DNA of 39,264 nucleotides from a virus (Duplodnaviria > Caudoviricetes). Below the pieces are notes generated by a model that searched no databases, was not told the origin of the DNA, and was given only the letters and a program-made list of their open reading frames with translations. Both the position numbers and the translations under genes were made by a program. The stretch's first letter is position 1, and every line of letters begins with the position of its first letter. The stretch is from positions 1 to 39,264 of the IMG/VR virus record IMGVR_UViG_3300030376_000749, one strand, 5' to 3'. Positions 18,386-26,414 of the stretch are shown here, one piece after another.

Positions 18386-19024
18386 TTAATCGCCCCATTC
18401 TCCTTCACCCCAAGATGAGTTGCCCCAACCTTGTAAGTTTACTGCCTCTGTTCCTATTGCACCTGTGCCAGCCACGCCAGACTCTGTAATTGATAGTTGC
18501 ATGTTTGGTCCGTCTGTCTCGCCAAACACACCGACTGCACCTGTGCCAGCCAATCCAGTTTCATTAATAACAGCCGCTAAGGTAAACGAACCTATCGCAC
18601 CTGTCGCGGCTACACCTGTCTCAGTAATAAAGGCAAGTGGTATTTCAGTTCCAATTGCACCTGTACCAGCGACACCAGTGACTTCCACTGAAGTAAATAT
18701 ATAAACCTCTGAATCTTTTCCGTTCCCGACAGTGCCTACACCCCTCATTCCAATACCAGGGAGTGTCCTTGGGTCTACTGTCCAATCTTGTGTGTAACCG
18801 ACAAAGAACTTAAAATTATCTGGGTCATTATCTGGCCTGGGATTAAATAATGCCGTGGCATCTATAACATTTTTAGCTGGCGTAAGCTGAGGATGTTTTG
18901 GCTCCCAGTCTTCTGGCTCTACACGCAATCCATCCCAAGTAGTCTTTAAACTAGTATATTTGACCTTAAAGCCACTTCTGTCGCCTATCGCATTGGATTT
19001 TTTTCCTCTTGCGTACCTTGCCAT
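18386..19024 (-). CDS. Conserved neck-cluster protein with C-terminal TG[VL]A[GA]TGA[IV]G repeats
   Basis: N-terminal ARGKKS.AI.DRSGF..WEPKHPQL; four to five Gly/Thr repeats; GWG..WG..WG end. Confidence 0.7.
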   Translation of the reverse strand: MARYARGKKSNAIGDRSGFKVKYTSLKTTWDGLRVEPEDWEPKHPQLTPAKNVIDATALFNPRPDNDPDNFKFFVGYTQDWTVDPRTLPGIGMRGVGTVGNGKDSEVYIFTSVEVTGVAGTGAIGTEIPLAFITETGVAATGAIGSFTLAAVINETGLAGTGAVGVFGETDGPNMQLSITESGVAGTGAIGTEAVNLQGWGNSSWGEGEWGD

Positions 19025-19707
19025 TATCCTAAGTTCATTCCTGTTGGATGAATCCTCAAACTTACTCCGTCATTATCTGACGAAGCCGCTAAATTAAATG
19101 AACGCTCATAAACACTATCAAGTATTTGAAATTTGTCTGTCGCGTACTTTAAAGCTAATTTACTTGCCAAACCTGCACATATACAGTCACTCCACCTGTA
19201 TGGAACATCTGCATCTTGATTGGACAGGGTCACATCTTCTAATTGATTGATTGCCCAGTAAACCATGCTGTATGTCGAAACGTCAGGTATCTGCCAGAAA
19301 TAAATTTGTGGCGTGTACTGCTTGTCGAGCATATACTGACTTGGCTTACCGCTACTGGTTTTATTTGGTAACTGATTGTAATCGGCAATTGAAATACGAT
19401 TAAGCATTTGATCAGCCGTATTAGTGCCAGCACTATCCGCTATAACTGCATCAATAATGTCTATTGTTCCTGCTGGCAATGTGTATGGAGTTGTCTGGTC
19501 TTTTACTAAAGTCAATGTGTTCTTTGACACCGTCCAGTAATTTATGCCTCTGTTAGCCCACTCAGAAAACAGTAGGTTCAAACTGCGTCTTGCCGATACA
19601 GCTTGATCACCTGTCCTAGTCTGTGGATCTATTCCGCACCGCTCGTAGGCTTCCGAAATAATCTCTTCAACGTCTGGTCTAAATGCTACCGTTCCTGAAG
19701 TTGCCAT
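19024..19707 (-). CDS. Head-tail connector / tail tubular A-like protein
   Basis: MATSGT..EAYERCG..ARRSLNLLFSEWANRGINYW conserved pattern. Confidence 0.7.
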   Translation of the reverse strand: MATSGTVAFRPDVEEIISEAYERCGIDPQTRTGDQAVSARRSLNLLFSEWANRGINYWTVSKNTLTLVKDQTTPYTLPAGTIDIIDAVIADSAGTNTADQMLNRISIADYNQLPNKTSSGKPSQYMLDKQYTPQIYFWQIPDVSTYSMVYWAINQLEDVTLSNQDADVPYRWSDCICAGLASKLALKYATDKFQILDSVYERSFNLAASSDNDGVSLRIHPTGMNLG

Positions 19708-19709
19708 AT

Positions 19710-20123
19710 TTAATACTCTTTAATTGCTCTTATCACAATCTGATAAGCATCACCTGCCGCACCAGCCCCTGTTGTCGTAAATTTAATGTCGCCAGTTCCA
19801 CTTGATCCGTATGAACTACTTGTCGGTAGCCCTCCAAATTTTGAAAAGTCTTGGTATCCTGACTGACCTTCATCTAAATGCAAAACAATAACGTCTGTAT
19901 CCGCATCCGCTAAAACTTCTACAGTCATTGCATTTATTACCCACCAACACTCAACAATTCTTATGCCAGTACATGTGTCGCCATTTGCGCTTTTAGTTAG
20001 ACCAGAGACATCTATTTTAGAAACAGCACTTTCATTGCCACCGTCAACATATTGATATTGAAAAGCGTAAACAACTTCACGAGTGTTTTCTGAAATTTTA
20101 GTTGTCGTTGTAATATCTGCCAC
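19710..20123 (-). CDS. Conserved virion protein (GTG start)
   Basis: AGGAG RBS; DG..ESAV.KIDVS.L..DF..FGG..G.GDI.FTT pattern. Confidence 0.65.
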   Translation of the reverse strand: MADITTTTKISENTREVVYAFQYQYVDGGNESAVSKIDVSGLTKSANGDTCTGIRIVECWWVINAMTVEVLADADTDVIVLHLDEGQSGYQDFSKFGGLPTSSSYGSSGTGDIKFTTTGAGAAGDAYQIVIRAIKEY

Positions 20124-20140
20124 TTTACTCTCCTAATGTG

Positions 20141-20164
20141 TAGGTGAGGTTTTACCCCCACCTA
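20141..20164 (-). other. Intergenic stem-loop without U-tail
   Basis: TAGGTGGGGGT-AAA-ACCTCACCTA on the minus strand. Confidence 0.5.
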
Positions 20165-20169
20165 ATTAA

Positions 20170-20718
20170 TTATGCGATTTGAACATATTCAATAATGAAT
20201 GTGAACGATCCTGCTGTTGTCGCATCGACAGTATTTGTAATGTTACAGTAAATAGTTCTTTCAGTGTCTGTATATTGAACAGAAGCTGGTGCAGTTGTAC
20301 CATCTTGTGTCTGAAGAACCAAAGTGGTCACAGTTACGTTATGCTCAACAACGGTTGTACCGCCATCAAGGATTTCATCAGTCTGAGCCGCAACGATTTG
20401 TGCGCCTGAGCTAGATGTTCCAACTTCGTAACCAATGTCACCAGTTCCAATCACAGGAGCTGTGTCACAAAATATCTTAATGTCAGTGATGATTGTGTTT
20501 GCTGGCTGAGTAAACTCACCAATTGTCGGGCTATCGCCAGCAGTAGTGTTAACAGTAACACCTGTCGCAAAGCCGACGTGTTTTACATATTTATTTGTGA
20601 CAATACCTGTTGAGGCAATAACCGCTGTATCAGTGTATGCGCCTGTTGTAGCATTTTTAGATACTACTTTAAAACCGTTTTCGGAGCGTACTGCTCCTGT
20701 AAATGTTGTATTAGCCAT
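20170..20718 (-). CDS. Capsid-associated/head fibre-like protein (start corrected to ATG 20718)
   Basis: AAGGAG before MANTTFTGAVRSENGF; follows the major capsid gene; Thr-rich beta protein. Confidence 0.7.
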   Translation of the reverse strand: MANTTFTGAVRSENGFKVVSKNATTGAYTDTAVIASTGIVTNKYVKHVGFATGVTVNTTAGDSPTIGEFTQPANTIITDIKIFCDTAPVIGTGDIGYEVGTSSSGAQIVAAQTDEILDGGTTVVEHNVTVTTLVLQTQDGTTAPASVQYTDTERTIYCNITNTVDATTAGSFTFIIEYVQIA

Positions 20719-20726
20719 GTGTGTCT

Positions 20727-20769
20727 CCTTGTCTTGGCTAGTGTCAGTTGCAAAATGCAACTGTCAAGG
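20727..20769 (-). promoter_or_regulatory. Putative structured leader that may sequester the RBS
   Basis: Minus strand CCTTG...CAAGG outer pairing around a CAGTTGCA-TTT-TGCAACTG hairpin. Confidence 0.4.
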
Positions 20770-20771
20770 TG

Positions 20772-20797
20772 AAAAGGGAGGAGATAATCCCCTCCCT
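20772..20797 (-). terminator. Rho-independent terminator after the major capsid gene
   Basis: AGGGAGGGGA-TTA-TCTCCTCCCT followed by TTT, just downstream of the MCP stop. Confidence 0.7.
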
Positions 20798-20807
20798 CAA
20801 TTTTTTA

Positions 20808-21713
20808 TTATGCGCCTTCAGATCCGAAGATGCCACGCCAGTCAGTGTGACCGAAAGAATATCTCTCACGGACTTTGTAGCGTACATTTCCAGTTTCGAA
20901 GTCACCTTCCATGCCTTTTTTCATAGGCGATCTTTGGAACATTTTCAAGCCGTCAGGTACGTCAGTCTTTACAAACCACGCATCTGAGTCTGTCAACCGA
21001 CGCATAACATGTGCGCCATTAGGTAGGTATCCACCTGACTTAATAGCGTTAATGTCATTATCGGCTGTGCCTGTTCTCAATTGAGATTCCAACAGACGCT
21101 CCGCTGTAAATGTGTAAGCTGTCGGTATTACCAAAGTAGTACCTACTGCCGCAATTCGAAGACCTCTGTCATCCTTCATATCAGCAATGTTGATAAGAAC
21201 GGACTCTAGTGAAGTCTCTGAAAGGTCAGCCGCTGTGCCTAACACATTTGATTGGTTACCATTTTGGGTTGGGTGTGATGCACTTAGTAGTGTAACACCG
21301 TCACCGCCTGTGTAACCAGCAGTTTGCGCGAAGTTTAAGACGTTTGCCGCTTTGATTTCCTTAGTGGAAGCCATTGAGCGTGCTAGTGCCTTAGTGTAAC
21401 GTGAAGCAATTGAGCCATACTGACCGTCTTCTTCAGCTTCTTCAGTAACTGCGAAAGCTAAAGCAATTGTCTCATGTTGGTATCGCGCTGTCCATTGTTG
21501 CCCAGCATCATCATAAGAAATAGCCGCACCCTCTGTCTTAGTTGGTGCTGACCCAAAACCTGACAACAATACGTCTTCTTCAAACGCTTTGCTGGAGGTG
21601 TTGCTTTCAAATACTGCTAGGTATTCCTCTGGATACTTGTCGTATTCAAGACCGAAAAGAGTATTCAGCCCTGGCTCAAGCATTTTAGCAAAACTTGCTC
21701 TATTCATAGCCAT
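20808..21713 (-). CDS. Major capsid protein
   Basis: LEPGLN.LFG.EY..FEEDVLLSGFG..ARY.HETIALAF..RYTKALARSM..RERYSFG..DWRG family pattern; follows scaffold; terminator downstream. Confidence 0.9.
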   Translation of the reverse strand: MAMNRASFAKMLEPGLNTLFGLEYDKYPEEYLAVFESNTSSKAFEEDVLLSGFGSAPTKTEGAAISYDDAGQQWTARYQHETIALAFAVTEEAEEDGQYGSIASRYTKALARSMASTKEIKAANVLNFAQTAGYTGGDGVTLLSASHPTQNGNQSNVLGTAADLSETSLESVLINIADMKDDRGLRIAAVGTTLVIPTAYTFTAERLLESQLRTGTADNDINAIKSGGYLPNGAHVMRRLTDSDAWFVKTDVPDGLKMFQRSPMKKGMEGDFETGNVRYKVRERYSFGHTDWRGIFGSEGA

Positions 21714-21727
21714 TGTCTAACCCTTTC

Positions 21728-22279
21728 CTATATACCTGCTGAGTCTTTTAGGAGATGCTCATTAATAAGCACTTCCATGACTGCGTTCGCACCAAATGCA
21801 TTATCTGGTGCATCGTGAAGAGCCATGATCTTACAGGTAGCTGTACCTGCTGCCATAGTTCCGCTAATTTCAAACCCAGATTGACCTGTTGTGGTCGAAC
21901 CTGCTCCAGCCACGACATCGGCACAATTACCAATGTTAGTCTGTGCAGGAGATCCTGCGGATTGAACTTTGTACACAATGTACGGATCGTCGTAGATAAA
22001 CAGTACAATATCTGTAGCTGTCGTTCCAGTCGGCCAGTATTCACTGTAAACATATGAGCCATCACTCGCGGTGTATGAACACCCATCAAACACACCGATG
22101 TTATTAGTTTCGGTGGCTGTATGTGGAGTTACAAGGCCAGTGCTTATGATTATGCAGAGATCACCTTTAAAGATGTTTTCTGCCAAACCACTTGCACAAG
22201 TGTACTTGTTTGTCCTTGGTGCGTTACCGCTCATGTGGCGAACTGGGATAAACCCAAAGGCTGCATCAACATTAGCCAT
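21728..22279 (-). CDS. Capsid decoration/cement-like protein
   Basis: MANVDAAFGF.P..IF.GD..GVF.GC.Y..DDP pattern, immediately upstream of MCP. Confidence 0.7.
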   Translation of the reverse strand: MANVDAAFGFIPVRHMSGNAPRTNKYTCASGLAENIFKGDLCIIISTGLVTPHTATETNNIGVFDGCSYTASDGSYVYSEYWPTGTTATDIVLFIYDDPYIVYKVQSAGSPAQTNIGNCADVVAGAGSTTTGQSGFEISGTMAAGTATCKIMALHDAPDNAFGANAVMEVLINEHLLKDSAGI

Positions 22280-22305
22280 TTTTTCGCTCCTTTAGCGTTA
22301 AAGTT

Positions 22306-22788
22306 TTAGTCTTCCATAGCAGAGTAATCCCTGCCACGGCTCGAAGTAGACTTTCGAGTCTGATGAATCGAATGTCCAGTTTTTCGTCCTAACGCATCAA
22401 GATCGCCTGTGACCGACTCATTTTGCTCAGAATTTTTATTTTGATAATAATCCTTCATTTGCCTGTGAGTCTCGATAGGCATTTCACAAAGTAACATGCC
22501 TTCAATCCCAATTGATCCTGCCCACTGTCCGTGGTTGATAGTCGGAAACAACTTATCTTTAACGGTTTCAGCAGGGCGTGGGTTCCAACCTTCGCGCATT
22601 CTTTTATACACGTTGTCTGGAGTATCCTTACCCTGAATCGAGGTAGCTATCCATCGTTGGGTCATACCTGGACGAGGTTCTGGTGAGTCCAACAATGATG
22701 GTGGTTTCCATGTCGCTTCGGAGCGAACTTGCTCCTCACGCACAGATGTTCGGGTTTCGCTTGCACGCACATTTCTATTCTCAGACAT
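22306..22788 (-). CDS. Conserved head-cluster protein
   Basis: WKPPSLLD.P..RW..REGW.P..GMLLC pattern between scaffold and capsid genes. Confidence 0.7.
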   Translation of the reverse strand: MSENRNVRASETRTSVREEQVRSEATWKPPSLLDSPEPRPGMTQRWIATSIQGKDTPDNVYKRMREGWNPRPAETVKDKLFPTINHGQWAGSIGIEGMLLCEMPIETHRQMKDYYQNKNSEQNESVTGDLDALGRKTGHSIHQTRKSTSSRGRDYSAMED

Positions 22789-22790
22789 AA

Positions 22791-23696
22791 TTAGCTCCTT
22801 TGCTGACGTTTGATTTCGGCCTCATATTTTTTAAGACTGTTTTCATCTGTTATACCAAGTTCTCTAGCCATTCTAAGTTGGTCCTGCGTCATGCGAACCC
22901 TGTTGCCTTTGTAGGATGAAGAACCGCCTGTAGTGGGGGCGACTGGTGGTCTACTTTTTGTTCTAGGTCTACTAGGACTTGATGGTGAAACTAACTCAGG
23001 AAATACATTATGTAAACGATTATTTAACTCATCGTAATATTCTCCTGCATTTTTATCAAATCCCTCTAGGTCTAATTGAACATCAATTGCCCTAGCTGCG
23101 GCAGTTTCACGCTCAAAACCTTGGGCGTTAAACCATTTATTTTGTTGCCACCAAGACATAGCTCTTTCTGGTGCTGGGTCTTGTGCAACTTGTTGCGCCC
23201 TACCCACAGTCGGTGAGACTGCCTGTTGAGCTTGTTGCTGTTTTTGCATCTGTGCAATCCGCATTGCGGCACGCATATCTGCCATTTGCTCCTGATAATT
23301 AACTTGAGCTTCAGTGTCACCCTCCTCAACAGCTTTTGTGAGAGCCGCCTTGGTCTGTGCGTAACGCTGATTAAATTGATTTTCAGAACTTTTTTTAGAA
23401 CCTTGCTCAAGTCGGTCAAGCCTTGCGGCTAACTGGGCGTTCTGCTCCTGCATCTGCCTAGCTTGAATTTCAGCCTCACGACGCTGATCGACAAGTTTCT
23501 TGATTCTCTTCTGAACCTTTTCACCATACTCTGGATCTTTTTCAGGTTCTGCCTTTTTTTCTTCGACTGCTTCCTCGGCTACATCTTTCGCCTCCTCCGC
23601 AGGATCTTCAGTGATTTCAATTTGAAATTCTTCAGGCTCACCTTTTGCCTTTTTAATTTCGTCTTCGATCTCCTGAATTACTTCTTCATTTGACAT
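22791..23696 (-). CDS. Capsid scaffolding protein
   Basis: Acidic N-terminus, long coiled coil, W..NKWF, C-terminal V.MT.DQLRMARELGI. Confidence 0.8.
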   Translation of the reverse strand: MSNEEVIQEIEDEIKKAKGEPEEFQIEITEDPAEEAKDVAEEAVEEKKAEPEKDPEYGEKVQKRIKKLVDQRREAEIQARQMQEQNAQLAARLDRLEQGSKKSSENQFNQRYAQTKAALTKAVEEGDTEAQVNYQEQMADMRAAMRIAQMQKQQQAQQAVSPTVGRAQQVAQDPAPERAMSWWQQNKWFNAQGFERETAAARAIDVQLDLEGFDKNAGEYYDELNNRLHNVFPELVSPSSPSRPRTKSRPPVAPTTGGSSSYKGNRVRMTQDQLRMARELGITDENSLKKYEAEIKRQQRS

Positions 23697-23717
23697 GGTT
23701 TGCGACCTCCAAGTTGT

Positions 23718-24119
23718 TTACGCTAGATATGCGGCTATGTCGGCATCTTCTGGAAGGATAGACGTCAGTTCGTCATCGTTCAGCAGTAGAAACCTCACGC
23801 CATTGATTGTGAGTTTTTGACCAGCGTATTTACCATAGGTCACGCGGTCTCCAACTTTAGGACAGATTTCGGAACGCCAGCGTTTGCCAGTATCTCGATC
23901 TCTGTAAGCTAGGTCACCCATTGCAACAATTCTACCGTGAGCGGTTAAATACTCTTCATTATCTTTCGATATGGAGGGTAGGTGTAGGCCGCCCTTAGTT
24001 TGCATTTTTACTTGATTGGGTTGAACTAGCACTTTCCAATTTAATGGAACTGGTAGTTGATGAGGTTCTAAAGTTGTTTCAACTTCTTCCTCTTTCTTTA
24101 AGACATGTGGATGAGACAT
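23718..24119 (-). CDS. groES: Co-chaperonin GroES (phage-encoded; start corrected to ATG 24119)
   Basis: PLNWKVLV, TKGGLHLP, GRIVAMG, KVGDRV.YGKYAG, LLNDDEL. Confidence 0.88.
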   Translation of the reverse strand: MSHPHVLKKEEEVETTLEPHQLPVPLNWKVLVQPNQVKMQTKGGLHLPSISKDNEEYLTAHGRIVAMGDLAYRDRDTGKRWRSEICPKVGDRVTYGKYAGQKLTINGVRFLLLNDDELTSILPEDADIAAYLA

Positions 24120-24120
24120 G

Positions 24121-24318
24121 TTATGCATCCTCTTCATTAATTTTTTTCATTGTTTCGCTGATAATGTCAGAGGCTTGACTTAAACCCTCTGCAATACCAA
24201 CGTCTTTTTGGTATGATAAAAAGTCAGTATTCCGACCTAAAACCATTTTCTCAGCTATTGCTAGCCTCTCCCTCTCCAGATTCTTTTTTATTCTCTGGAG
24301 CAGATCCGCTGTTGTCAT
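24121..24318 (-). CDS. Small helical protein upstream of GroES
   Basis: AAAGG RBS; YQKDVGIAEGL resembles the small gene usually seen at this position. Confidence 0.7.
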   Translation of the reverse strand: MTTADLLQRIKKNLERERLAIAEKMVLGRNTDFLSYQKDVGIAEGLSQASDIISETMKKINEEDA

Positions 24319-24382
24319 CTTTTACCTTTCCAGACATACTTATGCCCTTGACGAATATTTTGACAATTTTCTGATCAGACAT
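24251..24382 (-). CDS. 43-aa hypothetical protein (MSDQKIVKIFVKGISMSGKVKDD...)
   Basis: Hand-translated; TAATG-coupled to the upstream ORF, but overlaps the next gene by 68 nt. Confidence 0.4.
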   Translation of the reverse strand: MSDQKIVKIFVKGISMSGKVKDDNSGSAPENKKESGEGEASNS

Positions 24383-24495
24383 TAGTAGCCCTTTTTCTTA
24401 CCTTTTTTCTTTTTCATGGTAACCTCCCTTTTCTTTATTTTTTTACGCTTACCTGGGCCTCCCCTCATGAGAGAACCAAAAGATGCCCTGTTCAT
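24382..24495 (-). CDS. 37-aa very basic peptide with a capsid-like N-terminus (MNRASFGSLMRGGPGKRKKIKKREVTMKKKKGKKKGY)
   Basis: Hand-translated; AAGGA RBS; internal GGAGG-n5-ATG could also yield MKKKKGKKKGY. Confidence 0.65.
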   Translation of the reverse strand: MNRASFGSLMRGGPGKRKKIKKREVTMKKKKGKKKGY

Positions 24496-24533
24496 AGCAA
24501 ATTCCTTATGATTTGGCTAGTGCCACGTTTACC

Positions 24534-24577
24534 TATGAATACATATGAACCCCTATAGGGTTTTCATATTATTCATA
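24534..24577. repeat. Imperfect 44-bp palindrome with CCCTATAGGG core and TATGAA units
   Basis: tatgaatacatatgaacccctatagggttttcatattattcata in the divergent intergenic region. Confidence 0.8.
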
Positions 24578-24647
24578 AGCCATTTTAACGGAAAATATGA
24601 AAAAGTGTAGGAAAAGTATGAAAAGTATGATTTTTTTATATTTACCC

Positions 24648-24676
24648 CTTGTATCTGCTAGTGATTGCTATTATAT
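24648..24676 (+). promoter_or_regulatory. Putative sigma70-type promoter of the plus-strand island
   Basis: CTTGTA-N17-TTATAT, close to the alphaproteobacterial CTTGAC-N17-CTATAT form; AT-rich upstream; RBS follows. Confidence 0.55.
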
Positions 24677-24702
24677 ACTAGATATCAACAGGGAGAAATA
24701 TA

Positions 24703-25029
24703 ATGGAAAAATATACAGAACTTGAAATAAAAATTTTAACAATTTTAGCAAAAAATCACGGTAGTGAGTGGAGTACAGACAACGGTGAGACTGCGCACAA
24801 TGATACATGGGAAATGACCACAGATGGTACTAAAGAATGTGGAACAATTTTTTCTTCATATGACTTAGACCCTAAAGTATACCGAGGTGTTATAGCCAGT
24901 TTAATTAAAAAAGGTGCAGTAGATATGGATGAATACGAAACAAATTGTCCTAAAAATATTTACAATTCAGTTCCAATGATAGCGATAGCAATAAGCGAAA
25001 AAGCCTTTAATAAAATAAAAGTTAGATAA
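24703..25029 (+). CDS. Hypothetical early protein, possibly winged-helix
   Basis: GGGAG RBS; YTELEIKIL..RGVIASLIKKGAV is wHTH-like. Confidence 0.7.
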   Translation: MEKYTELEIKILTILAKNHGSEWSTDNGETAHNDTWEMTTDGTKECGTIFSSYDLDPKVYRGVIASLIKKGAVDMDEYETNCPKNIYNSVPMIAIAISEKAFNKIKVR

Positions 25030-25034
25030 TAAAT

Positions 25035-25054
25035 TGGGGAGCTTAGTCTCCCCA
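25035..25054. other. Intergenic GC-rich hairpin
   Basis: TGGGGAG-CTTAGT-CTCCCCA; no U-run on the plus strand. Confidence 0.55.
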
Positions 25055-25074
25055 TCAAATCAGGGAGAAATATA

Positions 25075-25941
25075 ATGAAACTATCAGATCAAAGAGTTGT
25101 TAAGGAACTTAACGAAAAAGTAATTGCGTCTATGAAGGAATGTCGGGATAGCAATAAATCTTGGAAGCCTTCGTGGGTTGGCGGTAAGAGCGGTCTTGCC
25201 TACAACTTATTTACCAACCATATTTTTACTGGTGGTAATCAGCTTGTCGCATTATTCACAGGTGCTGATGATAAGTGGGCAACCACGTCAGCTCTAAAGA
25301 AAAACAAATTGAGCTGGAGAAAAGGCAGTAAGATGACTTGGTTCTTACGTCCTGTCACCATCACCAAAGATAAGGATGGCAATGAGCTATTGAAGCCATT
25401 CGTATTCTTTAAGCCATACCCAATGGTTAATGGCATAGATATTGTTGGCTTACCTGAAGAGGAAGTTAAGGAAGTCACTCTTGAGGAGAGACATCACATA
25501 GCCGACAAACTTATTGCCAATTTAGGTGTTGAGCTTAGAGAGACAAATAATGGCAAGTGTTTCTACGACCCAAGTGGCGACTATATTCACATGCCTCACA
25601 AGCATAACTTTGAATCTGTTGACGCATACTACTCCGTTCTATTCCACGAGATTGGTCACTGGACTGGACACAAGAGTAGGTTGGATAGACTTAACGCTGA
25701 AAAGAGCGAGGCAGAAAATGCCTACGCATTTGAGGAGTTGGTCGCTGAGTTGGCAAGTATGTACCTTGCATCTTACGTCGGGATTGACTTTGAGCCTACA
25801 GAGCAGAACGCCACATATTTAAATGGTTGGCTGAAAGCTCTTGAAAATGATACCACATTTATATGGAAGGCATCATCCTACGCATCAAAGATTGTAAATT
25901 ACATTATTGATGCACAGGTAGAAGTAAAGAAGGCGGCTTAA
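25075..25941 (+). CDS. ardC: ArdC-like antirestriction protein (ArdC-N ssDNA-binding domain + zincin-like MPTase)
   Basis: WKPSW..N..T...F.GGN..L; D.IHMP....F....YYSVLFHEIGHWTGH.SRLDR; YAFEELVAE; Y..GWL..L. Confidence 0.88.
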   Translation: MKLSDQRVVKELNEKVIASMKECRDSNKSWKPSWVGGKSGLAYNLFTNHIFTGGNQLVALFTGADDKWATTSALKKNKLSWRKGSKMTWFLRPVTITKDKDGNELLKPFVFFKPYPMVNGIDIVGLPEEEVKEVTLEERHHIADKLIANLGVELRETNNGKCFYDPSGDYIHMPHKHNFESVDAYYSVLFHEIGHWTGHKSRLDRLNAEKSEAENAYAFEELVAELASMYLASYVGIDFEPTEQNATYLNGWLKALENDTTFIWKASSYASKIVNYIIDAQVEVKKAA

Positions 25942-25948
25942 TACTATA

Positions 25949-25992
25949 GGCGACATACGACACCCCTTAAGGGTGTGTCGTGTCGTGTCGCC
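25949..25992. repeat. Imperfect palindrome with CCCTTAAGGG core and (GTGTC)3
   Basis: ggcgacatacgacaccccttaagggtgtgtcgtgtcgtgtcgcc. Confidence 0.8.
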
Positions 25993-26008
25993 ATAATTTG
26001 GAGGGATA

Positions 26009-26245
26009 ATGATACAACAATTTTGGCAGTACAGTAGCCCAGATAAAATTCCAGACTGGTTGAAAAATCAGTCTGAAATTAGGCGTGGCAATGGCAAGTT
26101 ATATGTGTTTACAATGCAGGGAGAGGTTCCTGCTGAGTTAGGTGACTGGATATCGATTGACTTGCGTGGTCACTTATTTGTCACCAAAGAAAAACCAAAG
26201 AGACATAGAAGGTTTTTTTCTGGTTTAATTAATAAATTTTTATAA
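26009..26245 (+). CDS. Hypothetical protein
   Basis: GGAGG RBS; IPDWL..T..G...A..GDWI pattern recalled from small phage proteins. Confidence 0.7.
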   Translation: MIQQFWQYSSPDKIPDWLKNQSEIRRGNGKLYVFTMQGEVPAELGDWISIDLRGHLFVTKEKPKRHRRFFSGLINKFL

Positions 26246-26255
26246 GGAGATACAC

Positions 26256-26414
26256 ATGGCAGTTTTTGGAATGCAATTCACGGCTGATGAAATTAGTACA
26301 ATTACCAACGCCCTGGAGAACGTAAGGCAGACACCCGAAGTGGAGCAATTGCACGCTCGACTACTGAGCTTTATGGAAAAGGCAAATAGAAATCTAGGAT
26401 CTAAGGTCTCTTAA
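26256..26414 (+). CDS. 52-aa hypothetical protein (MAVFGMQFTADEISTITNALENVRQTPEVEQLHARLLSFMEKANRNLGSKVS)
   Basis: Hand-translated; strong AAGGAG RBS; overlaps the convergent gene end by 21 nt. Confidence 0.7.
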   Translation: MAVFGMQFTADEISTITNALENVRQTPEVEQLHARLLSFMEKANRNLGSKVS

